Counted from the first letter of the stretch, positions 40,007-52,575 are shown. The stretch is DNA of 64,000 nt from Gekko japonicus (GCF_001447785.1 NW_015164211.1:62001-126000); one strand, 5' to 3'. The notes: a model not told the origin generated them from the sequence alone. Numbers and translations are program-made.

Positions 40007-40456
40007 CTGGAAAAATAAGACCCACCCTGTAAGAGCAACTCAGATTTCACTGTAAATATTAACTTTAAAAATAAATATACAATGTGCTATTTCCATAAAT
40101 ATAAAATAAACATGATGACTTTTGAAAACAAGTTCGGCATGTAACAAAAGGCTGCAACAAATACTGTCAAAACATATAAAAGCTACCACACAGATGCTGT
40201 TTTCAGGAACCTCCATGTGGAAGGCTACTAGCATACAGGTCTGTCCTTAGCCCACCTTTATGTATCAGGTTGGGGTATTTTCCACTGAACAAGACCATGA
40301 CTTTCAACAAAATCCCAGAGTAAATGTATACAATAAAATAAGATCATTTGAAAAAGAGTTGCTAAAAACCAGTGGCTATGCAAAGGCTTAGATTCCATCT
40401 CATTAAAGACAAATCTTTAATTCCTGGTGAACTTTTTCTCCATGAAAATGTTGTAC

Positions 40457-40545
40457 CTTCTTTAGTTCCCAAAGGCTTGTCCTATCTGCTCCACAGTATG
40501 AAGGATTTCGATGTAATGGGTCATAGCTATTCAAGTTCTTGCTAC
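40457..40545 (-). CDS. CEBPZ: CEBPZ exon 5
   Basis: (G)SKNLNSYDPLHRNPSYCGADRTSLWELKK; 89 nt. Confidence 0.95.
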
Positions 40546-40644
40546 CTGGGGAAAAATGAATTTTTGTATGTCTTGAAACAAAAATAGATAAGCATATTTA
40601 GACTGGAGTGCCAGCTGCTAACAGAATAGCGGAGGAAAAAACCA

Positions 40645-41900
40645 ACGGACCAAAACACCTATTTGTATTATTCCTCTTGTCATCTTTCACATCTTAAAAA
40701 CAACCTTCTCTTTTCTCAACTGCTTAGAATCAAACAAAATTTGACCTCCCAGCGGGACTATGGAATTCACAGTAGAGAACTGTGTGTATATTTTAGAGAT
40801 CGTGGTTACTTGTGCATTTCAGTATTCTCCGAGATCTATGTCAATCAAGAGAATCATCAATAGACATTTAGTGCAGGATATTCTGGGATGTGAACAGCCT
40901 TTGAGGTTGGGTTTTAGGTGCACTAAAAATGTGACTGATTGGTTGGTCCATTCAGATTTTGCAAAACTCTCTGTGCAGTCAGATGGACCTTCTGGACATC
41001 ATAAATGTGGGGTGTGTTTGACTTGTGATTTAGTTTTGGGGATAAAGAAATTTACTCATCCGAATACTGGTTACAGCGTCACTTTAAACCATTTTAGTTG
41101 TTGCAGCACAAAACATTGTGGTTATCTGGTGATCTGTCCTTGTCAAAAATTATACACGGGTACTACAATAAGACCTGTAAAAAAAAAAAGCATTTTGGAG
41201 CACTAGTCCCAAATACACAATAAAATTTTGGGGGTTCCTCTTGTTGATCATTTTGGTCAGTGCAACCATTCTGCTGACTGTTTGAGCGTTTTTGTTATTT
41301 ACAGATTTGTGAGTAAAATTTATAATTATAGAATCACAGAGTTGGAAGGGGCCATACAGGCCATCTAGTCCAACCCCCTGCTCAATGCAGGATCAGCCTA
41401 TAGTATCCCTGGCAAGTGTTTGTCCAGACTAATACATGAATATTAGTAAGATTTTGTTACAACAAGAAGCATTATGGATCTTCCATCGACCCTTCCCTAA
41501 GGGTCTGGATTTAGATAATGATTTTTCTTGCTTCATCTGAATCTTTACATGTTGGTTTCCTGCCTTAATTTTGTACATGAATGTTGCTTTAAGGACCTTG
41601 TATACTCTCAAATGACAAACACCTGCTTTGCTACCAGTTAAGTAACTTAGTTTCCATTGATAGGACACATTCAAAATGTGTCTTTATGACTTTGGTTTGA
41701 ACTGACAGCAACCTTGCATAAGGAAAGAACGTCTTGGTGAATTTTTTCCCTTTGGAGCAGGTATTTTTAAATTTTGCTGAATCCTGCCTTGCAGGTGTTT
41801 TCATCTTTGAGTTTTGGTAAAATTTCTTTGTATTTATTATTCAGAGAAGACTTGGGGTTCCATCTTTGTGAAGAAGCCTTGGGCAAAATGCAGCTTGTTA
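40645..41900 (+). mobile_element. Decayed Penelope-like (Neptune-type) retroelement, with CR1 insertion at about 41328-41428
   Basis: YYSSCHLSHLKNNLLFSQLLRI (RT end), KCGVCLTC...GYLVICPCQKLYTGTT (Cys-rich GIY-YIG), LLQQEALWIF...PKGL; frameshifts and stops present. Confidence 0.8.
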
Positions 41901-43042
41901 TAAGCTGGCTCACACATAAAGAAGAATATTGGAGGAACCTACATGAGTTCATCCAACAGACTCCAGTGAATTCTGAAACCCTTTGTGGGACGGTTTAAAC
42001 TTTGAAGACTGTGTTCTATGTTATTGGAGTTCTAGTGTATGAGCTGATAAGAGATTGGGTGTGTAGTGGCCCCTGATTTTTTAAAATATTAGTGTCTTTT
42101 GGATGTACAACATGGCTTTCTAGATCTAATTTCATCATAGTATTTGAACGGTATTGGACTGTGTCCTCTATATTATATTATATTTAAAATTTGGGTGGGT
42201 TTTTTTTTGTTTTTGCTTTGTTGAGCACAGTTTATTGAGCACAGTTTATTGCTTTGTTTTTGCTTTGTTGAGCACAGTCTTTGGCATACATCCTCTGTAC
42301 TGCTCTTTGGCTTTGATCTCATCAAAGACATGGCAAGGGCCTTTCCAGCCAGGAAGGGATCAGAACACAGACTCCTACTTGGGCACCCACATTCTAACCT
42401 CTCCTGATTCTGACCCCCTAAGTGGGCTGCAGGACACACCACTTAGCTCCAGTTAGGCTCTACTGTGGCCCGTGTAATAGTATGAGTTTTGCACCCCTGT
42501 CACACAACCTCTAATTCCTGTGGTTTAAACAGCAGGTATGCAGCTGATGCTCCACAGAATTATCAGATGCCTAAAGTGAAGCAGGGCACAGGAACCTGCA
42601 CTGAAGTGCAGAGAGTTCAGAACTGGGACCTGAAGAGCTAGACTCAATTTTCTTCACATCCAACATCTCTCAACTTCAGTTCTCATTCTGAGAGTAAAAG
42701 CAGCCTAACTTGATAAAATGGACACAAATGATAAAGAATGACAGGCAATGAGGGAAATACTGGGAAGTGCATCTTTCTAGGTAGACATTAGTACAGAAGC
42801 AGTCAAAATGGCTTGCAGCCTTGCCAGTGTCTTATCTACTAAAAGCACGTCCAAATATTTTGGCACTCAGCTCCCACTTGGCTCAATTCAACCTCATTCA
42901 AAAATGAGCATTGGATTACTGAAGCCACTGTTGAGTGATAGCCCTCAAATGAAAAGTTTGCCAGCATTAAGATATTCCTTTAGGAATCCCCATCATTACA
43001 GTGATTCCAAGACCAAACTTGGAAGTTTACAATTATTTTTAC

Positions 43043-43208
43043 CTGCCAGGTTCTGGTGATGGACCCATGATGCTCTTGAACTTGAGTCACGAAGTTTCAC
43101 AGACTCCTCTGCTCTTTTCTTTTCTTTCTCTTTATCCACATTTACAAGTTTTGCCTCCTCCTCTTCAGTTTCTTCAAGGTCACGAAAATGTTCCTCATCG
43201 TCTGATTC
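43043..43208 (-). CDS. CEBPZ: CEBPZ exon 4
   Basis: ESDDEEHFRDLEE...SSSRASWVHHQNLA(G); 166 nt. Confidence 0.93.
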
Positions 43209-43529
43209 CTAGGAAACAAATTAGTTAAGCCCCTTATAGCAACTTTACATTTTCTTACTAGAAAAATCAGAGCACACAAACAGACAATGGTGCCACTCAG
43301 TGCAGAGCAAGTTGCCCATTTCTGCCAGAGGGTCTCTGTAATTCACCCCACATCAAAATGACTTTTTTGATGCAATTACTTTAAGAGAATATTTTTTTTA
43401 ATTGTTGGATAGCTTTTACACAGATGTAAACCATTCATCCCAAGAAAATTACCATTTGTAAGGCAAAGCAGAATTAGAAGCAGTTTTTAAACAAGATCAA
43501 CAACCATAGAAAGCAAAGGGATACCATAC

Positions 43530-43761
43530 CACATTATCCTGAAGCTGCACCCATAACCCTGGCCTTAGTTTCAAAAGTTCAGATACAAGGTACAAGGTGC
43601 CACAGGTGAAAGGTGGCATTTGGGAACAGGTGACTTGAAGCAGTCGCTTGACAAAAGCTTTCACCCGCCGCAATACGGTATCAGCCTTCAAAGATTTGTA
43701 GACAAGGTTGAGGAACATTGACTGTTTGGCACACAGTGCTAATCCTGGGTCCAACAACTTC
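43530..43761 (-). CDS. CEBPZ: CEBPZ exon 3
   Basis: KLLDPGL...MFLNLVYKSLKADTVLRRVKAFVKRLLQV...QLQDNV; 232 nt. Confidence 0.97.
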
Positions 43762-44224
43762 CTGCCAAAAATTATAACATTACCAGTATTAACTTAATAA
43801 TAATTCACTCAAACAAGTTCATTGGATTTAAAGCAGAAGCCAAAATACTTAAAACGTTTAGATCACAGATTAGATACAATCAACATATCTGCCTTGTTTT
43901 CAAGAAATTGATTAGCACTGTTGCTGCACAATATTTCATCACGGCTATCCTCATTTAAAGTGGACATCTACTTTACACAAATAAGAACCTCGATTTTAAA
44001 TACAGTACACAAAAAGGCTTCTATAAGTAATGAACAATCCTGCACACACATCAACTGATATCATATTTAAATATTAAATGTGTGAATCGTTGGCTGGAAT
44101 GCATTGAGAGACATGAAGAAAACTGCTAGTTCAGCATTAGGGTCTTGGCTCAACCCTCCTTCCTGTCAGGATAACCAGTAGCAGGGATCTGGAAAAGGAT
44201 ATAGGCATCACCTTAAAAATTAAC

Positions 44225-44646
44225 AGGGCCATTGAGCTCCCGGCAGAGATCCGGACCCTGCGGGACCTTGTACAGTTCCGCAGGGCCTGCAAGACGGAGC
44301 TCTTCCGCCAGGCTTTTGAGTAGGAGCCGCCGCCGCTGCCACTATACCACCACCGTGGCTTATCTACCATCTACCTGGCCTTGGGCGGGGGTCGTCGTCG
44401 CCCAGAAGAGGAAAATTACTCTGGCGCTCCTGCTTTCCTTTACCATCAGCCGCCAGTGAGGGACATCGACCATCTTGAACTTCTAAATTGAACTGTAGAG
44501 CACCATTTTAGTTTGTATTCAGTTTGTATTTATTGAGGTTTTAAATGTGATCTATGTTTTATTTCCAGTGTTGCCGCTTGTTTGCCGCCCTGGGCAGTAT
44601 GGGTGGGGCGGGATATAAATCCCAAAATAATTAAATAAATAAATAA
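44225..44646 (+). mobile_element. L2-type LINE 3' fragment
   Basis: ELPAEIRTLRDLVQFRRACKTELFRQAF* ORF2-like end, GGGCGGGATATAA and (AAAT)n tail. Confidence 0.75.
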
Positions 44647-44825
44647 TCAACAGCCTACCAGCATCAGAGCCTTAAAGGAAACAAAGCAATTACTCTTGCT
44701 ATGCAGAGTGGCCCAAGTGCAGTTTCCATTCTACCAAACTTAAATACACATACACCATTTAAAAACCTATCAGTTAACAGCCATTATTCCACAAAATTGT
44801 ATTTGATGGATACATCGATGCTTAC

Positions 44826-46327
44826 TTATACAGGGCTGTGTAATATCGGTCGGATATTGTCTGGTTAGAATCCATCACTTGGAACAGCAGCATCAAGGCC
44901 TGGACACTGGTGTTGAAGTTCACAACGTGCAAAACTTTAAACAAGGTATTCATCTGTTCTTTTACCTTTTCATCACTTGTCTGAGCATAAGGATAAGCTC
45001 TGTTCACTCCTGTTAAGAGAGCACTAAGCATCTTGGACTCAACATCTTTTTTTTTTATGCAAGAGCCAAAAAAGGAGAAATAGAGGGCTATGAGTTTATT
45101 AGCCAGCTCGCTCTCTTCATGGCTAAGGACCATTTGGTTCAAAAAGCAAATTGCATAGTATTGTGCTTTCAGACTAATGTTTGATCTGTAGAGAAGCCTT
45201 TCCACTTCATTGCACACTACTCCTTTCATGTTGGGGTGCTTATGAAGCAGAGTCTCTAAGAGATAAGATGCTTTGGTGGCAACTTTGTTTTGAGGATCTC
45301 CCAGCTTATTTACCAACTGTACAAGAAAAGCTTTCTCTTCCTCTACCTTGTTACAGAGAAGTTCATGAGCAACAGCAAGTGCACGCGCTTTCGTTGCCAC
45401 CAAGGGATCGTGAGTCAGAGCTTCAAGCACATGCACAAATTCAGCCACCCAGTGCTTCAGATGATGCTCAAAGTACCACAGTATCAGGCGCCTGTCCCTC
45501 GAATCCTTGTTGCCACTGGAAAGTTTTTCTAGAATGCCAAAAGGATGTTGAGAGAAAGTATGCAGCTTACGATTGTCTGGTAAAAGGTGTGTCATGAGAA
45601 GCTCCTTGAATGTGTCCAATGCCATCAAACTCTGTCTTCTGCTGCCTTTCTTTTTGATCAGATTCACCAAAGTCTCTATAAAATGAAGGGAGTGGACAGC
45701 AGCATCTTGAATAAGAAGAGTCATAGCAGCCATTCTGTCAGCAAGAGTACCTGATGACACTACAGTTTTCATCCAAGCAGATGATGATCGCTTCTGCAGA
45801 TCCTTCTTGCTCTTGTAGAGGTCAGTCTCTTGCTGGTACAGCTTTTCTGCCAAGGCCATATACTTGGAAACAAGAGACTGATCTTGGGTTTCAGCAGTAA
45901 ATTCATTTGTATATTCTAGATCATACCATTTGCCCCCTGGTTTTATCAGCAGCATCTGCCGCTCATGGAACTGAAAAATTTCTTCTTTCTTTTCTTTCTC
46001 ATCTCTACATAGAGCTGGATGTTTCTTACTGTTTTTGGCATTAACTAACTGTATCTTCCCTTTGCTTTCTTTTACTTGATTTTCTTTTTTTCCTATTGCA
46101 GTTACATTTACTTCCTTTTGTTTCACTTTCTTTTGTGGCTTCCCTTCTGTTTCCACTGTGGTTCCCTCTTCTTCCACTACTAGCAGTTTCTCAGAATATC
46201 TGCTCACACCCAAGGATTTTATAAATGCTTCCAGTTCTCCTTGCTTTAAATCATCAATTGATCCTTTTTTGCCACCATCCACAAGTTCTTCAGTCTCATC
46301 CAAAGCAGCAAGCATGAGATAATCTTG
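44826..46327 (-). CDS. CEBPZ: CEBPZ exon 2 (large exon)
   Basis: QDYLMLAALDE...SSGTLADRMAAMTLL...KLGDPQNKVATKASY...ISDRYYTALY; 1502 nt; CEBPZ/Noc1/Mak21 ribosome biogenesis factor. Confidence 0.98.
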
Positions 46328-47047
46328 CTGCATAAAACAAAAGAAAGACATCTCATTAATATGCCTACAGACTACATTACCAGACATCACATACTTGATA
46401 AAAATGCCAAACCACACACAAACACACACTTATGACACAGGGGTTAGACCACCTCAGCAAAGGAGCCTAGTAACTTTTTAAAAGTCAAAAGATAAAGAAC
46501 AGTAAACTTTTCTGTTTAATATATACCAGTAAAAAATTTGTAAGGTAGTGAATCATCGTCACATCATTTTGGGATTTCAATAAGCAAAGCAGGCACAAGA
46601 GCAGTAGGACAATCAAATCACATGCTTGCATTAAAGAAACAAAAGGTACTCAGTGGGCCATCTACTCTTCTGCAGCTCTAGCTGCTTTCCAGACATTTAT
46701 GAAAGGAAATGCATACAACTCAAATGTCCTTCAAAGCAAGGGATATCCTGCATTTGTCAAAAATTACTCTCAGAGTGCTGTACTTTGACAAGACTGCCTG
46801 AGAAATCAGAACAGATAGCCTATGTGCAACAAAAACAACAAATGCTCTTGGGGCAATTTAAGACTAACCGTTTTATTGCAACATAAGCTTCTTCGGACTG
46901 AAACTTACATGGGCTCTAAGAAATAAAAATATCAAGAAGTTGCTGCCACAATGTAAGCATTTGTCTTTAAGATGCTACAAAACTCTCTGTTCAAAGCCAA
47001 TAAGAGAGAGATGCTTAGAAATAAGAACTAGTGGCTTTACACTAAAT

Positions 47048-47275
47048 AAAGATAAAGGTTTCCCTTGCTCGAAAGCCAGTTGAATCTGACTCTAGGGGGC
47101 AGTGCTCATCTCCATTTCCAAGTCGAAGAGCCAGCACTGTCCTTAGACTTTTCCATGGTCATATGGCCGGCATATGTACCTAAGCGGTACTTATTTATCT
47201 ACTTGTAATTTCTTGCTTTCAAACTGTTAGGTTGGCAGAAGCTGGGGCCAGAGACGGGAGCTCACTCAGTCACAC
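47048..47275 (-). mobile_element. Sauria SINE
   Basis: AAAGGTTTCCC...GTGCTCATCTCCATTTC...GGTTGGCAGAAGCTGGGGC...GGGAGCTCAC matches the recalled reverse Sauria SINE consensus. Confidence 0.85.
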
Positions 47276-47829
47276 AGCAAAATTACACAAGCAAATGGAT
47301 CCATGAAACTGCCTTAGAAAGCACCGGCCCATTGGAACATCTAGTCCAATATGATCTAGTGTACTCTACAGGGTCTCAGGTGTGAAGGGTCGTTCCCAAC
47401 ACCCCCCTCCTTAAGACCCTGCTAGCAGATATACCAGAAACTGGATGTAGGACCTTCAGCACGCAGAACACATGCTCTGTCACTTAACTACATCCCCTTC
47501 AAAAAACGGAAGGAAAAGGGACGCACAGAACCCACATCTCACGCACTACAGAGAACTTACGGCTAGAAACAGCCTACTTACTGTCACTTGGGTTTTCGGC
47601 TCTCTATAAACTGGTTCGTTGTCGTTTTAACAGCAATATAACAGGCGGAAATTCAACAAGGACTTCTCCCGGTATACTTGGGGAAATGCTTGGGGGAATC
47701 AACCTGTTAAGCGTCTGCTTGCCAAGAGCCATGCCAAGGCAGAGCTCTCACACGTGTTCTCACACACTTCGGCATCCACACATGCACTCTCCTCACTCTC
47801 GCCAGGGTCCCTACGGATCCCTCTCTCAC

Positions 47830-47946
47830 CTGGGTACCGCCGAGGCGGAGCACCTCCTGCAATGTAAAACCACTTCCATCATCAGGTACTTCATCGTCGT
47901 CAAACCCATCACACTCCCCGGGATTCGGTATTTCCAACGCCGCCAT
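47830..47946 (-). CDS. CEBPZ: CEBPZ exon 1 coding part
   Basis: MAALEIPNPG...FTLQEVLRLGGTQ; strong Kozak AAGATGG; GTGAGA donor; 117 nt. Confidence 0.93.
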
Positions 47947-48241
47947 CTTAGTCCGCCACTCCACGCATGCGCCAGTCCAACTTCCGCGTGACAGTGATGG
48001 TCGCGGTGACGACCGCACGATGAAGGAAAGGTCCTGCAAGATGCAAAAACGACGGAATGAGCCGCTGGTTTAGGGAACAAATGGGGGGAGCGCTCGTGCC
48101 CGTCTATCTAGAGACGTCACTAGTTCAGTACTAGCGGAGAGAACATAGAATCACGTGGTGTTATTGACAGGCTGTCTGATCGATTCAGCTGCCAGGAACT
48201 ACCGCTTTCTGAAGAAAGGTTGACGTGAACTACAAGTAGGA
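47947..48241. promoter_or_regulatory. Bidirectional CpG-island promoter shared by CEBPZ and NDUFAF7
   Basis: Divergent ATGs separated by 295 bp; YY1-type CGCCATCTT over the CEBPZ ATG, NRF1-like CGCATGCGC near 47964, CRE-like GACGTCA near 48113, E-box CACGTG near 48152. Confidence 0.85.
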
Positions 48242-48314
48242 ATGCAGCCCGCGCTCTTAGGGCGATCTTTTCTGCGACTTGGCTCGCGAAACAGCCGCTT
48301 GCTCCGTCACCATG
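48242..48314 (+). CDS. NDUFAF7: NDUFAF7 exon 1 (mitochondrial presequence)
   Basis: MQPALLGRSFLRLGSRNSRLLRHH, R/L/S-rich with no acidic residues; donor GTAACA, phase 1 fits exon 2. Confidence 0.78.
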
Positions 48315-48731
48315 GTAACAGCGAGGTTGGAAGGGCTCGCCCCTGCTGTGTTTGCCTGCCTTCTGTGGTTTCAAAGGGGCGGGGAGAAATTGGGTCCAGG
48401 GTCCTGTTAGAGTGCCATGTAAATAAGGGGGGGGAGTGCCTTTCTGAACATGTGCAGACTGCCGCATACAACTATCGCCCTTTGGGATGGGGGTCACGAT
48501 TTCCAGGTAGCTCTCAATAGATTGATATGTAGATACGTAGACAGTCTCAGAGATTCTTGGGGATTCGCGGCAGTTTGCTCAACACCCCCCCCCCCCAATG
48601 TTCTAAACTCCGTTTCAAAATTGCTCTTTTGAAAAGTGGCCAGGGCGCCTGTGGAGAGGTACACATAATCTGATCCTGTGGTTGGCTTACTCGGAATCAA
48701 ACCTGATGTGCTGCACATTTGCATAGGACTG

Positions 48732-49019
48732 TGTTATGTAAGGGACTAGAACATTCCAGGACTGTTTCTACCAGAGACTGGCTGAGCTTGGAGCTCTAGA
48801 ACAAAAGCCCACCAGGACTCTGGAGGTGGCCAGTGGGGAAGTAACGGTTCTGATAATGGCCTATCCTTGGTAGTTGTTTGGGAAGTGCATGCTGTTTAAC
48901 AGGGCTGTCGCCCTGGCAGTTTGTCTTCTGTCTTCTGTTTGTTCCTGCCGACTCACTAATAAAGCAGAGCTGAACACTATGCTTGGGGTCAGACCATCCA
49001 TGGAACCCAGTATTTAACA
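48732..49019 (+). mobile_element. Solo LTR (288 bp) in NDUFAF7 intron 1
   Basis: TGTTA...TAACA ends, perfect 5-bp TSD GACTG, AATAAA at 48958. Confidence 0.88.
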
Positions 49020-49569
49020 GACTGTGTATTCCAAGACTTTCTATGCAGCTTCGAGTTTAGTTTTGCTATCGCTACTTGCTGCTGCACAGGGCTGCAGCCT
49101 ATTTGTGTAACATATGAGTAACAGAGTAACATATTTGGAATAGAGACTGTAATGTAATGAATAGTAGAATGTAATGTAATTCGGAATGCTAGATTGGAAT
49201 GTATTTCTCTGGTCTGGGATAGAGGAGATATACACTGCACAGCCAATCACCCCACCTGAAAGAAAAGGATGTGTGTGAAGTTACCTCTATGCTTGAGAGG
49301 AGACAGATGAAGCATAACAACAGGTTCTCAGTTAATTACTCTCAGCATTCCACAATTAAGAAAGGTAGAACTGCCCATCCGATTTTGATATATTTATTGC
49401 CTTCACTATGTTATCCCCTTGAATTAAACCCAAACAAATGGTGACCATGTAAAGTAAGCTTGTTATTCCAGTTTGGTCTTTGAATCTGTAAAACACCGTT
49501 TATTATGTTTATGCTAATTTGCTGCTCACCCTCTACCTACATGTATGGACCAGTAACTTCCATTTCAAC

Positions 49570-49607
49570 GTATCTGAAGAAGTGTGTGTGCACATGAAAG
49601 CTTATAC
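49570..49607 (+). ncRNA. Minimal type I hammerhead ribozyme-like motif (Penelope-derived)
   Basis: GUAU-CUGAAGA-A-GUGUG(ugug)CACAU-GAAA-GC-UU-AUAC: conserved core boxes, stem I, stem II and an AGCU palindrome in place of stem III. Confidence 0.6.
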
Positions 49608-49723
49608 CATGAATAAAACTATGGACTCAAACTTTGTTCTGCTGCTTCAGGCCAACACAGCTACCCACCAGAATCTATAGAGTAAGATGTTTTATAGCAA
49701 TTACTGTTTCTTTGTGACAAAAT

Positions 49724-49825
49724 GTTTGTTGTTCAGTCGCACAGTCAAATCCGACTCTTTGTGACCCCATGAACCACATCATGCCAGGCCCTCCTGTCTT
49801 CTGCCATCCTCCGGAGTTTGCTTAA
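49724..49825 (-). mobile_element. BovB/RTE 3' stub
   Basis: Reverse complement of the 55395-55495 BovB end; 12-bp TSD TTGTGACAAAAT. Confidence 0.9.
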
Positions 49826-50333
49826 TTGTGACAAAATACCAACCCTCTAAGATTACCCACCTATCAGATATGGCCAGGAATATGGGGGAACAATTGTTGG
49901 ACTTGACTAAAAATATCCTGGAGGATGTTTCTGCTCACCAGAGACAGGGCTGGCATAGATTCTCAGCTAAACATGCAAAAAAAGGAGTTTGGAGACCCAG
50001 AACACAATAGTCTTGGAGAGGAGCAAGAGACAAAATGATAACACAACTATATGGCCTTGTGTAGATTAGAAGCCATTCTAACCTATGTTGATAGATAGGC
50101 CCAGGTGCAGAAAAGTTTGAGAATGGCAAGAATGTCCAGCCTCACAGAAATGAGGATATAGTTCAAAGATGGGTTGTATTGGTTGTTGGTCTGAAGTAGA
50201 ACAGCTAGATTCGAGTCCAATAACACCTTAGAGAACAAGGTTTTGGTGCTTCCATGCTGTCTACTGTGATATATATCTTTACTCAGATGACTCACCAGCT
50301 TAGAAGTATCATGGATATTATGTTCTTACACAG

Positions 50334-50497
50334 GTGGTTCAGCTACATGGAGATGCCGATGCTTTAGCTCAGAAAATAAAGTAGAGGAAAACAGCCCAGT
50401 GACACCAATGCTGAAACACCTTATGATGAAAATAAAGTCAACTGGCCCCATTACAGTTGCTGAATACATGCGGGAAGTCCTAACCAATCCTGTGAAG
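50334..50497 (+). CDS. NDUFAF7: NDUFAF7 exon 2
   Basis: ...TPMLKHLMMKIKSTGPITVAEYMREVLTNPVK; 164 nt. Confidence 0.95.
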
Positions 50498-51489
50498 GTA
50501 GAAATGGTGATACCATTATACTTGTATTACACATACTGGCTTGCAGACTTGCACCAGAGGAAAGTAACTTCTCTGCCCCCCACACTTCAGTCCCCTCCCC
50601 TGACACCATGGTTCTTTGAGGCACTGGCCCTGAAGAGGGGGAATATGCAGCAGGAGGTGGGAAATCAACAAAAATCACCCTCCCTTCCTTTGCAAACAGA
50701 AAAGCTGTTCTGGAAGGAATTGCTGCTGCTGCACCAACACAAAATAGCACCATAGGATTGTTGTTTGGAATTAGAGGCTCCGGCTTGTCTTATACCTCAG
50801 TTACAAATATTTTTAATTGTAACAAGCATATTGAACTTGTTCACATCCTAAATTGTAACCTGCTTTTCTGTCAGCATTTTTAATTATTCCTGCATGTTCT
50901 TCTCTTTGGAGCAAACTGCACATTACACAGCAAATGTGTAATAGTATCCTGATGGGGTTTTTTCAACTAAAAGTAACTATAGGAGACTGCCTGTTTGAGT
51001 GGAAAGGGAACAGTCATTCACACATGCACTGCCATTGTGCTCAAACTGATACCCTCACATGGTTCTTCTTCTTTTAAAAAAGAAATCTGGAGTCTGTTGC
51101 ATATATCTAACATTTAATGCTAAAATTGACCTTTTAGTTCTATTGGTCTTCATTTGAAGGACCATTTTTTTCTTCCTCCAATTGTAGTCACATGCCACAT
51201 TTCTGATACAAAAACCATATGGAACATGAGGCAGGCTGAAGTCTTCTGCCTTAGCTGGCAGATTTTGGATTTGATGGATGATTCTTACAAATTTGGTTAC
51301 AAAATTATAAAGAAATTAATTTATCAAGTAGAGAATATAAACTGGATTATACGAGGTTAATTTAAACTACTGTTCAATTACTGTTCACTTACTGTAGAAG
51401 TAAAGATGTGCAGCCATTGTCTTAACTCTTGGGCACACAGCTCCTCTGTCCCCTGTTGTTGTTGTTGTTGTTGTTGTTTCTTCTTCTTC

Positions 51490-52045
51490 TTTGAAAAAAA
51501 TTATTAGTTTATATACAGAAAGTGGGGAAGGGGAAGGGGAGGAAGAAAGAAAAAGACAGTAATATTAAAATTTCCAGTTTAACATTCTGCATGTATATCT
51601 TCTCATTACAATTTCACAACTACTTCATCTGTCATTCTTATTATTCTTCACTTAATCTTATTTTCTCAATACTTAAGTTTTAACAAGTCATAAAACACCC
51701 TCCAGGGTCGCATAAATTCTTCTTCCATTTTTCCTTTTAATATATTTGTCAACTTGTCCATTTCAACACATTCCATAATCTTTAATATCAACTCATGTAG
51801 CACTGGAATCTTCAGTGTCCTCCATGCCATTGCAAATAAAATTCTGGCAGCTGTTATAACATGTAACATAAAGTAACTATGATTCTTATCTAACTCATCT
51901 GGTAAACAGTTTAAGAAATATATCTCTGTCTTAAAAGGTATTGTGATATTCAAGATTGACTGTGAGAAAGTGTGCACTTCAATCCAGAATGTATGAACCT
52001 TTTTACATGTCCACCACATATGGTAATATAACCCAATATGCTTTA
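51490..52045 (-). mobile_element. L1-type LINE 3' fragment
   Basis: YYHMWWTCKKVHTFW...TAARILFAMAWR...PWRVF resembles the L1 ORF2 C-terminus; AATAA plus A-rich tail next to (GTT)n/(TTC)n repeats at 51454-51491. Confidence 0.75.
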
Positions 52046-52494
52046 ATGTTTCTTGTTTGACCACTCTCTTCTGCCAATACAAAACCAGTCTTCCCGATCT
52101 TTGGGCCCTGTGCAATTTTTTCCCCAGCATCATTTTTCTAGCTCTTGGCCCATAAGCTGCTTCCACCAAACTTTCTGTCAAGGTCACTACATGCCCCTGA
52201 TCTGGAACCATTGCCCCTCTTGGGTCCTCTTATCACACAGCTTCCTACCTATGATTCTTACCTCATTTTCAACTCATTGACAAAATCTGCTTTTGCAGAT
52301 TCAAAATAGTATTTGAGAGGAGACATGTTGTTAATATTTGCTTTACATTGGAAATAAACCTTTAAAGCTACCTTTGGCCTACCAGTGGCCTAGCAGGTGA
52401 ATTGATTGTTAAGGGTTAGTAAATTCAGTGGAATAAAAAGAGTTACATATCACGCACTGGACATATGCTGATAAATTCTCTCTTTTTTCCATAG

Positions 52495-52575
52495 GGATAT
52501 TATATGCACCATGATATGCTTGGAGAAAAAGGAGATTTTGTTACCTCACCTGAAATAAGTCAGATGTTTGGGGAG
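52495..52575 (+). CDS. NDUFAF7: NDUFAF7 exon 3
   Basis: GYYMHHDMLGEKGDFVTSPEISQMFGE, MidA/NDUFAF7 signature; 81 nt. Confidence 0.97.

Noticed and set aside
45181-45597. 138-aa plus-strand ORF and similar antisense ORFs (45290, 30198, 53785)
   Set aside because: Shadow ORFs opposite real coding or LINE sequence, with no recognisable homology.
46328-46429. N-terminal extension of the 535-aa CEBPZ ORF
   Set aside because: Intronic; the acceptor TTTTATGCAG precedes 46327 and exon 1 is at 47830-47946.
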